Source: Candidatus Tenderia sp. (GTDB lineage: Bacteria > Pseudomonadota > Gammaproteobacteria > Tenderiales > Tenderiaceae). Taken from it: a stretch of 14,504 nt of DNA. Below the pieces are notes generated by a model. That model ran no database searches, was not told the DNA's origin, and saw only the letters and a list, made by a program, of their open reading frames with translations. The stretch is from positions 1-14,504 of the forward strand of contig JANOSY010000039.1 in the NCBI GenBank assembly GCA_031416075.1, written 5' to 3'. Shown here piece after piece: positions 1 through 7,598 of the stretch. The translations under genes and the position numbers were made by a program. Position 1 is the first letter of the stretch, and each line of letters opens with the position of its first letter.

Positions 1-139
<139 letters not shown>

Positions 140-153
140 GAGCCAAGATCGGC

Positions 154-162
154 TACTATAAC
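154..162 (+). promoter_or_regulatory. Putative sigma-70 -10 element of ssrS
   Basis: TACTAT at 154-159 (overlapping TATAAC at 157-162) lies just upstream of the predicted 6S 5' end. The -35 position falls inside the IS end. Confidence 0.5.
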
Positions 163-166
163 CCTT

Positions 167-352
167 GAACACTCTCTGCCGTGCTCGATGTGGGCTAAGT
201 AACCTTTGAGCCTTAAATAAAACCCTTGGGGACGGGGCCGTAGTGTCGGTGTGCATGTCCGCTCGTCGGAAAGCCTGATGATACTCGCATGTTCCCACTT
301 GAACTTTTGGTTCAAGGTCTGATGCCTACGACGACACAGGCGGAGGGTGTTC
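167..352 (+). ncRNA. ssrS: 6S RNA
   Basis: About 186 nt. The 5' end GAACACTCTCTGCC pairs with the 3' end GGCGGAGGGTGTTC using G-U pairs. The CTTGAAC..GGTTCAAG hairpin typical of proteobacterial 6S is present, and the gene lies directly upstream of ygfA (canonical synteny). Confidence 0.9.
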
Positions 353-374
353 TCCATACATACTCCCGTGGAAC

Positions 375-989
375 TTGCCGCCCGTGACCCCTTCCCGCAC
401 CGACATTCGCAAACAGATCCGTAGACAACGTCAGCAACTCAGTGAGACTGCCCGCAATAGTGCCGCACTCGCCATCAGCGACCAATTGGCCCGCACGGCG
501 CTGTTCAGACAGAGCCGTCGCATTGCCGGTTTTATCGCCAACGACGGCGAACCCAGCCTTGAACCACTGATGCAACTGGCCTGGGCGCGCCACAAGGCGT
601 GGCACCTGCCCATCATCGGCCTGCCTAACCTCAACCACCTCTGGTTTGGCCGCTATGATCAGGGCGATGAGCTGCTGCACAACCGCTACGGCATTCCGGA
701 ACCTGTCACCGCCCTGCACCACGCCACACCGGCCTGGGGGCTGGATCTGGTATTGATGCCACTGGTTGCCTTTGATGCCAATGGCAACCGGCTGGGCATG
801 GGCAAAGGGTATTACGACCGTACCCTGAAATTTCTCCGCCACCGCCGCCACTGGCGCAAACCACGCCTGGTAGGCATTGCCTATGAGTTCCAGAAAATGG
901 CCCAACTCCCCTGCCAACCCTGGGATATCCCACTGGATGCCATCATCACCGAGCAGTCGATCTACAACATCAACCAGCTAAAGCTCTAA
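375..989 (+). CDS. ygfA: 5-formyltetrahydrofolate cyclo-ligase
   Basis: Motifs NRYGIPEP, LDLVLMPLVAFDANGNRLGMGKGYYDRTL and WDIPLDAIITE; follows ssrS. Start is uncertain (TTG 375 or GTG 384). Confidence 0.95.
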   Translation: MPPVTPSRTDIRKQIRRQRQQLSETARNSAALAISDQLARTALFRQSRRIAGFIANDGEPSLEPLMQLAWARHKAWHLPIIGLPNLNHLWFGRYDQGDELLHNRYGIPEPVTALHHATPAWGLDLVLMPLVAFDANGNRLGMGKGYYDRTLKFLRHRRHWRKPRLVGIAYEFQKMAQLPCQPWDIPLDAIITEQSIYNINQLKL

Positions 990-1006
990 ACCTGAGAGAC
1001 CCGTCT

Positions 1007-2536
1007 GTGAATAATAAAAATGATTTTGAACTGGCGCTCAACTCCCATTTTCCACTGCTGGTCGTCGAGACCCACGAAGAGGGGCGTGTTGTAGAGCTGC
1101 TCATCACCCTGGCCCGCGCAGCCGCCACCCCGCTCCAGCAGTGGACCATCACGGACGGTCTTAAACCGCTGTTTGAGGACAACAATTTCACCACCTGGGG
1201 CACAAAACTGGAACTACTGCCCAAGGAACAAGACAACACGGGAAGCAGCACGGAACAGCATAGCCCCATTGCTTCGCTACGCACCATCAAACAGCAGAAG
1301 CGGCCCGGTCTCTACGCCATGCTCGATTTTCACGACCATCTTGATGACCCCATCGCCGTACGGCTGATCAAGGAGATTGCCCTAGAGCATCAACTCAACC
1401 AGCAGCGCCTTATCTTCATCAGCCACGAACTCACACTCCCCAATGAGCTACAACGCTTCAGCATGAAACTGGAGCTCTCGCTGCCGGGGCGGGAGCAGCT
1501 CAAACAGCTGCTGCATGAGGAGGCCAAACTCTGGGCCCTCAAAAAGGGCAACAACATCAAGGCCGACTCCAAAGCAATGGAGATACTGCTCGACAACCTC
1601 ACCGGATTGACACTCACCGACGCCAAGCGACTGCTGCGCAACGCCATCTACGACGACGGTGCCATCACCCATGACGACATTCCGGAGGTACAAAAAGCCA
1701 AATATGACCTGCTCAGCCAGGAGGGGCTGATCTCGTTTGAGTACGATACCGCACGCTTCACGGAGGTCGGCGGGATGCGACACCTCAAACAGTGGCTCGA
1801 CAAACGCAAAGTACTCTTCAGCAACAACAGCAGCAACCTGCTCGATTCCCCCAAGGGAATCCTGCTGGTCGGTGTCCAGGGCAGTGGTAAAAGTCTTGCC
1901 GCCAAAGCGGTCGCAGGTGCCTGGGGGGTACCGCTGCTACGCCTCGACTTTGCGGTGCTCTACAACAAATACTTTGGTGAGACCGAAAAGAACATCCGCA
2001 AAGCCATCCAGCTGGCTGAAGCGATGAGCCCCTGCGTACTCTGGATCGACGAAATAGAGAAAGGAATCGCCACCGGCGACCATGATAACGGCACCTCACG
2101 CCGCGTGCTTGGCACACTGCTCACCTGGATGGCGGAAAAAAAGGGGCGAGTCTTCATCGTCGCCACCGCCAATGATATTCAGGCACTACCGCCGGAGCTG
2201 ATTCGCAAGGGACGGCTGGATGAGATCTTTTTTGTCGACCTGCCCACCCCCAAGGTCAGGGAGGATATCTTTCACATCCATCTGCAAAAACGCCTCCACA
2301 ATCCACAACAGTTCGACCTCACCGCGCTGGCCGCCGCCGCCCACAATTTCTCCGGTGCCGAGATCGAACAGGCCGTGGTGGGGGCCTGCTACAGCGCACA
2401 CGCCGACAACAAACCATTGAACAATCAACACCTTCAGCAAGAGTTAGCCCAGACCCGGCCACTCGCCGTGGTGATGGCGGAAAAGATTGAGGCACTGCGC
2501 CACTGGGCCAGCGAACGAACGGTGGCCGCAGACTAA
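1007..2536 (+). CDS. Ycf46/SpoVK-type AAA+ ATPase with a degenerate N-terminal domain
   Basis: Walker A GVQGSGKS, Walker B LWIDEIEK, second region of homology ATAND..LPPELIRKGRLDEIFFVDLP, FSGAEIEQAV and C-terminal IEALRHWA. 509 aa, GTG start. Confidence 0.9.
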   Translation: MNNKNDFELALNSHFPLLVVETHEEGRVVELLITLARAAATPLQQWTITDGLKPLFEDNNFTTWGTKLELLPKEQDNTGSSTEQHSPIASLRTIKQQKRPGLYAMLDFHDHLDDPIAVRLIKEIALEHQLNQQRLIFISHELTLPNELQRFSMKLELSLPGREQLKQLLHEEAKLWALKKGNNIKADSKAMEILLDNLTGLTLTDAKRLLRNAIYDDGAITHDDIPEVQKAKYDLLSQEGLISFEYDTARFTEVGGMRHLKQWLDKRKVLFSNNSSNLLDSPKGILLVGVQGSGKSLAAKAVAGAWGVPLLRLDFAVLYNKYFGETEKNIRKAIQLAEAMSPCVLWIDEIEKGIATGDHDNGTSRRVLGTLLTWMAEKKGRVFIVATANDIQALPPELIRKGRLDEIFFVDLPTPKVREDIFHIHLQKRLHNPQQFDLTALAAAAHNFSGAEIEQAVVGACYSAHADNKPLNNQHLQQELAQTRPLAVVMAEKIEALRHWASERTVAAD

Positions 2537-2573
2537 AACGGCCGCCAATGGATGGATGGAAACAGGAAAGAGT

Positions 2574-3488
2574 CTACGTCAGCGGGTTGGTTTTACCATG
2601 CTGTAACAGGTGGGCCTTGATTTTGAGCACATCGATCTGCCCCAGACGCATGGTCTGCCCCTTCTCCACCATCCCCTTCAGCATCACCACCACCGACTCA
2701 CCTTCAATACGGAAGACATTGCCCACCAGGGAGATCTGTTCAGAGCGCCCCGGCAGGTTAAACGAGATGATCAAGTCATCAGAGGCCCTCACCTTCACCG
2801 GGTTGCCAGGATCGTCCTCCATCATCAGCCGGAGCGAAATGTCAGAAAAATCGACCATCATTGCCGTCAGGTTTTTGTACTCACCACGCCGCATCACCTG
2901 CAACTGTGCCGGAATGTTGGTCTGCAGCCGCATATGGGCACGCTGGTCTGTAAGCAGCAGGCTCGTGGCATCCACCTCCAGCAGCGCAACGGTCTGTTTT
3001 GCATAATAACCATCTTTCAGCACGGCACGTTTTTTCACCGTGGTATCCAGCACCGGCACCTGGCCACGCCGCTGCTCCGCCATCAAAGTGATGGCATTGC
3101 CCGGCACCAACCCCCCCACCTTCAGCAGCTCCTCACGACGGATATAGTCAAGTTTGGTCTCGCTCTGGGTATGTTCCGGCAACACAATATTGAACGTCTT
3201 GATTTTACTGAACAGCTTACGCGTTCCCTGCTCTTCAAAGCTGAAACTACCGTTTTTGACATCACACTGCAGATCAACAAAGGAGTAGATAAACTCACCA
3301 TTGATAATGTAGGCAATCACCACAGAATCGAGCAGGATCTCCTTTCGATACTCCGGATAAAACTGGATCTTGCCACCCACCGGGAAATATTGCATCACCC
3401 GACCCAGCGCCGCACCATCCAATAGCACCTCGTCAGTGGGCCCACCGCCCCCCGCAGGTTTTGAACCGCCTTTAAAAAAACTGAACAT
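2574..3488 (-). CDS. PilZ-domain protein (YcgR/flagellar-brake-like architecture)
   Basis: QRAHMR (RxxxR) is followed by a DFSDIS variant of D/NxSxxG and a C-terminal beta-rich domain. Confidence 0.72.
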   Translation of the reverse strand: MFSFFKGGSKPAGGGGPTDEVLLDGAALGRVMQYFPVGGKIQFYPEYRKEILLDSVVIAYIINGEFIYSFVDLQCDVKNGSFSFEEQGTRKLFSKIKTFNIVLPEHTQSETKLDYIRREELLKVGGLVPGNAITLMAEQRRGQVPVLDTTVKKRAVLKDGYYAKQTVALLEVDATSLLLTDQRAHMRLQTNIPAQLQVMRRGEYKNLTAMMVDFSDISLRLMMEDDPGNPVKVRASDDLIISFNLPGRSEQISLVGNVFRIEGESVVVMLKGMVEKGQTMRLGQIDVLKIKAHLLQHGKTNPLT

Positions 3489-3523
3489 AGAGAATAGCTT
3501 GCTACCCTTATTGGTTATTTATT

Positions 3524-3550
3524 GCATCGGCGAAGAAGGGAAAACCTATA
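3524..3550 (-). promoter_or_regulatory. Putative sigma-28 (FliA) promoter of the PilZ gene
   Basis: The minus strand reads TATAGGTT-N11-GCCGATGC against the consensus TAAAGTTT-N11-GCCGATAA, 35 nt upstream of the ATG. Confidence 0.6.
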
Positions 3551-3700
3551 GCTGTTTTGACCCATCACATACCCCTCATGGGGCCGCCAATTACCCCACC
3601 ATGACAAACACCGTTCACGGATAGACCTTCTCATGCCGTTCCGGTATTTCTCCATCGCCCTCCATGGCCGCTCACATCATAGAGACTTTGATTTAATGAC

Positions 3701-4414
3701 TCATACCCGATCATGTACGCGCCATGCATAGATAAATTCAATCAAATTCAAGGCAAAGTGGGCGGCAAAAGGGGCCAACAACCCCTCTCGCCAATAAAAC
3801 AGCCCGGCAAACAGACCGCCCGCCACAATACCCGTTAGTAACACGTACCAAAAACCACCCGCCCAATGCAGCAACCCAAACAGCATGCAGCTCAACACCA
3901 CTGCCCAAAAAACACCTACGTGCGCGCCAAGCAGCGGTAGGGCGATCCCCCGGTATACAGTCTCTTCAACCAGCGGTGCCAACAGCACATTAGCGATAAA
4001 AAACAGCCCTATACTGCTCGAAACCACCGGCAATACTGCCCCCGGCGGCACATAATCGCCCACGGTCCGCTGCAACATCTCCAGCAACGGTGCCAGCCAG
4101 TAGATATATGCCATCGCCAGTAACGAACCTGCAACTAGTCCAACCACGAGGTCTGACACACCCTTGCCAAACACCGGTAACCGCCAGGCCTCGACAACTT
4201 GATCAGTAAATCCCACCATAAAAAGTGCCAGGCAACTGAGCACACCGAGCAGAATATGGGGCAACAGTGCCATTACCCGCACCGGGATATCCGCCTGAGG
4301 TACCGACCTAAACGTAAAAAAGAGCGATGCTGCCACAATGGCCAGCAAAAACAGAAGCGGCCCGACTAACAGTAATAGCCACGTTTTATAAGGGATCGCC
4401 AACAGCGCTGACAC
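3701..4414 (-). CDS. CPBP (CAAX/Abi) family intramembrane glutamic endopeptidase
   Basis: Multi-TM protein with EExxxR (VEETVYRG), FxxxH (FGLLH) and HxxxN (HFALN). RBS AAGGAGAGG precedes the GTG. Confidence 0.9.
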   Translation of the reverse strand: MSALLAIPYKTWLLLLVGPLLFLLAIVAASLFFTFRSVPQADIPVRVMALLPHILLGVLSCLALFMVGFTDQVVEAWRLPVFGKGVSDLVVGLVAGSLLAMAYIYWLAPLLEMLQRTVGDYVPPGAVLPVVSSSIGLFFIANVLLAPLVEETVYRGIALPLLGAHVGVFWAVVLSCMLFGLLHWAGGFWYVLLTGIVAGGLFAGLFYWREGLLAPFAAHFALNLIEFIYAWRVHDRV

Positions 4415-4439
4415 AGAAACAGCCCCTCTCCTTAACTAA

Positions 4440-4490
4440 TTAGCTCAAAAACAACCGATAAGCCGGGTTTTCAGATGTAGGTTGATAGAC
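4440..4490 (-). pseudogene. Displaced duplicate of the ilvA 3' end (VYQPTSENPAYRLFLS*)
   Basis: 4444-4466 is identical over 23 bp to 5537-5559. TGATAGACA also matches in exact register (4483-4491 vs 5576-5584). Confidence 0.85.
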
Positions 4491-4494
4491 ACCA

Positions 4495-4567
4495 TGTCGG
4501 GTTACGCTACGCTAACCCGACCTACGCCACTACCTTGACGAACGCCGTTGCTACGCTAACCCACCTT
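4495..4567 (-). repeat. GTAG-type REP plus a degenerate partial copy
   Basis: The minus strand of 4495-4525 reads GTAGGTCGGGTTAGCGTAGCGTAACCCGACA (GTAG head plus hairpin). A degenerate AGGTGGGTTAGCGTAGCAAC lies at about 4547-4566. Confidence 0.75.
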
Positions 4568-4582
4568 GTCACTGGCTCATTT

Positions 4583-4674
4583 GTAGGCTGGGAAGAGCGT
4601 TTTTTGCGAAGCCCAACAGCAGTCGCCTCAATGATCACCAACCGTTGGGCTTCATTCCATTCAGCCCAACCTAC
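4583..4674. repeat. Inverted pair of GTAG-type REPs (REPIN/BIME-like)
   Basis: GTAGGCTGGGAAGAGCG..CGAAGCCCAACA at 4583-4618 (+) and GTAGGTTGGGCTGAATGGAATGAAGCCCAAC at 4644-4674 (-), with a 25-nt spacer. Confidence 0.8.
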
Positions 4675-4720
4675 CGCGCGGCGAAACTAGGAGTGTTCGC
4701 TTGAGCGCCGGGTTAGGTTT
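4675..4720 (-). other. Truncated integron attC-like site (R'' and L'' half only)
   Basis: The minus strand reads AAACCTAAC CCGGC GCTCAAGC GAACACTCCTAGTTTCGC: an RYYYAAC inverse core plus an L''-like box overlapping the gene end. No L'/R' arm is seen before the REP. Confidence 0.55.
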
Positions 4721-4923
4721 CTTTTATAGAACCAATTGCCTAAGAAACCGCCTGCGACAATAAAGAGAGGCCATACAAGAAAAAAAACATCAATAAACTC
4801 TCCTGCTTGGTCTGGCCCGTAGAACAGTGCACGAACTTGGTACTGCGATATCGCAGCACCAACAACAAAGCTAACAACTCCAAGCAGTATAGCCCCAATA
4901 GCGATCCAAAATAGCCGATTCAT
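4687..4923 (-). CDS. Small two-TM membrane protein, candidate immunity partner of the Tae4-like gene
   Basis: 78 aa with two hydrophobic segments. Its start overlaps the upstream stop (ATGA, 4920-4923). The C-terminus NLTRRSS is encoded by the attC-like sequence. Confidence 0.7.
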   Translation of the reverse strand: MNRLFWIAIGAILLGVVSFVVGAAISQYQVRALFYGPDQAGEFIDVFFLVWPLFIVAGGFLGNWFYKRNLTRRSSEHS

Positions 4924-5423
4924 GGTAATTTCCAGAACCAGACTGATTCAGATTTCTCGTAATCCGAACCGAAAGCGATGGGGCCGAAACGTAAATAAAT
5001 CTGCGGTATTGATCGTATGTGAGTTAGGCGAAAACCATCCCAAAGGTCAATATGGTCCCCTTGGTTGCCGGGACCGTAGCCATTTTGGTAATAATTTTGA
5101 AAAAATATTATTCCTCTTTTTCCCTTGATTTTCTCAAACACCTCCTCGCCAGAAAATTTCTGAACTAGCGGCATCCCCACCCCACTGCTCCTGCCAAAGG
5201 GTGAGGCAAGCCAATTAGCTAATTCTTGAGCACGGATCGCGTACTTCGGTCTGTTTTTCTGCCATGAAAGTTGGCCACGAAATGTCTTGGCATTCGCTCC
5301 TGAGCGTACAAGTGCTGCATGCAGGTTAATAGCACATTGATTTGGATACATGATTTTGTTGAGCAGAGGAGCTTCACGTTTAACATTGGGATGATTGGCC
5401 CACAGCTTTGAAAATGACAGCAT
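4920..5423 (-). CDS. Tae4-family (T6SS amidase effector-like) peptidoglycan amidase
   Basis: NQCA Cys motif, KGKRGIIFF and GDHIDLWDG His motif as in Tae4. ATG 5423 is preferred over GTG 5435 because AAGGTG lies 9 nt upstream. AT-richer than ilvA. Confidence 0.82.
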   Translation of the reverse strand: MLSFSKLWANHPNVKREAPLLNKIMYPNQCAINLHAALVRSGANAKTFRGQLSWQKNRPKYAIRAQELANWLASPFGRSSGVGMPLVQKFSGEEVFEKIKGKRGIIFFQNYYQNGYGPGNQGDHIDLWDGFRLTHIRSIPQIYLRFGPIAFGSDYEKSESVWFWKLP

Positions 5424-5471
5424 GTAATGACTCACCTTATTGGAAATCTAACTATGCATCGGTTTCATATC

Positions 5472-5488
5472 GACGTAATAATTACGTC
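5472..5488. promoter_or_regulatory. Perfect 8-1-8 palindrome, putative operator or binding site
   Basis: GACGTAAT-A-ATTACGTC lies between the ilvA stop and the Tae4-like gene. Confidence 0.4.
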
Positions 5489-5532
5489 ACCTTGAAGCTG
5501 CTCTTCCAAGCCTCGAACCTCGCCAATAACCA

Positions 5533-7047
5533 TCAACTCAAAAACAACCGATAAGCCGGATTCTCCGTCTCACACTGATAGACATACCCCAGCTCATCCA
5601 GAAACGCCTGGTACTCTTTTTTGTCTGACGGCGGCACCTGGATGCCGACCAGTACCCGGCCATAGGCAGCACCGTGGTTGCGGTAGTGGAACATGCTGAT
5701 GTTCCAGCGTTGTCCGAGTTTGTCGAGGAAGTTGAGCAGGGCACCGGGACGTTCGGGGAACTCAAAACGGTAGAGCACTTCGTTTTCCACCCCCGCATGG
5801 CCACCCACCATGTGGCGGATGTGGAGTTTGGCGATGTCGTTGTCGGTCATGTCGATGAGCGGGTAGCCCTTCTCGGTGAGTTTGCTGACCAACTCGATAC
5901 GCGCCTCGTCACTGCCACCGCCGAGGTTAAGCCCCACAAATACATGTGCCTCGCGGTTGTCGGCGTAGCGGTAGTTAAACTCGCTGATGCTGCGTTTGCC
6001 GATGGTCTGGCAGAATTTGCGGAAGCTGCCGGGCTTTTCGGGGATGGTGACGGCGAGGATCGCTTCGTTACGTTCGCCCAGTTCGGCCTGTTCGGCGACG
6101 TGGCGCAGGCGGTCGAAGTTCATGTTGGCACCGCTGTCGATGGCGACAAGATTAGCGCCGCGCAGCTGTTCACGCTCGATATATTTTTTCATGCCGGCAA
6201 CAGCCAATGCGCCAGCGGGTTCGGCGATGGAGCGGGTATCGTCGAAGATATCCTTGATGGCGGCGCAGATTTCGTCGGTGGTGACCAGAATCACCTCGTC
6301 CACACACTTACTAGCGATGCGGAACGGCTCTTTGCCCACCTGGCGCACGGCAACACCATCAGCAAAGATGCCGACCTGATCCAGCACCACACGGCGCTTT
6401 TTTGCCAGCGCATGGTGCATGGAGGGGGCATCTTCCGGCTCCACACCGATAATCTTTATCTCTGGGTAGAGCGCTTTGACGTAGGCAGAGATCCCTGCAA
6501 TCAGACCACCGCCGCCCACCGGTACAAAGATGGCGTGGATCGCATCAGGATGCTGACGCAGAATCTCCACCGCCACCGTGCCCTGACCGGCAATCACATC
6601 CGGGTCATCGTAGGGGTGCACAAACGTCAGCCCCTCTTTTTCTGCCAGTTCGGCGGCGTGTTGATAGGCATCATCGTAGGCGTCGCCATGCAGCACGATC
6701 TTGGCCCCGTAGGCACGCACCGCCGCTACTTTGATACTGGGCGTGGTCTTGGGCATGACAATCACGGCACGGATGTTGAGCCGCTGTGCCGCCAGCGCTA
6801 CCCCTTGGGCGTGGTTGCCTGCCGATGCGGCAATCACCCCCTTGTCGCGCTGCTCCTGCGGCAGGTTGTAAATTTTGTTGTAAGCACCGCGCAGCTTAAA
6901 GGAGAAGACCGGTTGCAGGTCTTCGCGCTTGAGTAGAATGCGGTTGTCAAAACGGCGCGAAAGCCGCGACATCAGGTCCAACCGCGTCTCTTTAGCAACG
7001 TCGTAAACCCGTGCTTTGAGTATTTTTTCGATATATTTCTGTGACAT
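5533..7047 (-). CDS. ilvA: Threonine ammonia-lyase, biosynthetic
   Basis: LKREDLQPVFSFKLRGA (PLP lysine), ASAGNHAQG, VGGGGL, and two C-terminal ACT-like domains (PEKPGSF, FPERPGAL, HYRNHG). Confidence 0.98.
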   Translation of the reverse strand: MSQKYIEKILKARVYDVAKETRLDLMSRLSRRFDNRILLKREDLQPVFSFKLRGAYNKIYNLPQEQRDKGVIAASAGNHAQGVALAAQRLNIRAVIVMPKTTPSIKVAAVRAYGAKIVLHGDAYDDAYQHAAELAEKEGLTFVHPYDDPDVIAGQGTVAVEILRQHPDAIHAIFVPVGGGGLIAGISAYVKALYPEIKIIGVEPEDAPSMHHALAKKRRVVLDQVGIFADGVAVRQVGKEPFRIASKCVDEVILVTTDEICAAIKDIFDDTRSIAEPAGALAVAGMKKYIEREQLRGANLVAIDSGANMNFDRLRHVAEQAELGERNEAILAVTIPEKPGSFRKFCQTIGKRSISEFNYRYADNREAHVFVGLNLGGGSDEARIELVSKLTEKGYPLIDMTDNDIAKLHIRHMVGGHAGVENEVLYRFEFPERPGALLNFLDKLGQRWNISMFHYRNHGAAYGRVLVGIQVPPSDKKEYQAFLDELGYVYQCETENPAYRLFLS

Positions 7048-7109
7048 GGCGCTAACCTATCAGGTTCACCGGCAACTGCATAGCAACCGACCGTTTTGCG
7101 GGCTAAGAA

Positions 7110-7598
7110 TCAGCGCAGGGCGTTAAGCTGCTCGTAAAGGGCGTTCACCTGCTGTTCAAGCTCTGTCACCTGGCGGGCCTCACTCTCACGACGTTTGTAA
7201 TACTCTTCTGTCAGACGAATACCTCGGCCAATAATCGGGCGTACCTCTTCCGGCAGCGGCTCTTTGCCCGTGGCCAGGGTCCGTCTTGCCTCATCCAGGG
7301 CCACACTTGCCTCGTCTATCTGCTGCTGCAACGCCTCGCGCTGCGCCTGCTGTGCCGCCAGCCGTTCGCCAATACGGTCACTCTGGTTGAGTAACTGGGT
7401 GCGATTATCCTGGTGGATCACCATGTTTGGCTCCTGCAGCTCCATCTCTTTGGCCTGAACGCCGGGCGGTGGTGTGGATGAAAAGTGCGACACCCCATCT
7501 TTCCCGACCCAGCGATAGACTTTAGCGGGGGCATCACCCTCCGCGCCATGGGTCACCAGTGGTGCCAATAACAATCCCAGCCAGACTATTTTCAACAT
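7110..7598 (-). CDS. DUF4124-like exported protein with a coiled-coil C-terminus
   Basis: Signal peptide, VYRWVGKDGVSHFSSTPP motif and a Q/E/R-rich heptad tail. Confidence 0.8.
   Translation of the reverse strand: MLKIVWLGLLLAPLVTHGAEGDAPAKVYRWVGKDGVSHFSSTPPPGVQAKEMELQEPNMVIHQDNRTQLLNQSDRIGERLAAQQAQREALQQQIDEASVALDEARRTLATGKEPLPEEVRPIIGRGIRLTEEYYKRRESEARQVTELEQQVNALYEQLNALR

Noticed and set aside
2548-3425. Plus-strand ORFs 2548..3006 and 2610..3425
   Set aside because: They are antisense to the PilZ gene, which has the motif and promoter support.
3600-3700. Third ilvA-end copy or attC after the CPBP gene
   Set aside because: No ENPAYRLFL-like frame or RYYYAAC-started site was found. The 11-bp CTCGCCAATAA match between about 3787 and 5519 lies within CPBP coding sequence and is probably chance.
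4477-4674. CRISPR array or rho-independent terminators
   Set aside because: The repeats are inverted, of two types and irregularly spaced, and there are no cas genes. GTAG heads with hairpins fit REPs.
5674-6936. 420-aa plus-strand ORF
   Set aside because: It is an antisense shadow of ilvA caused by codon bias and has no recognisable motifs.
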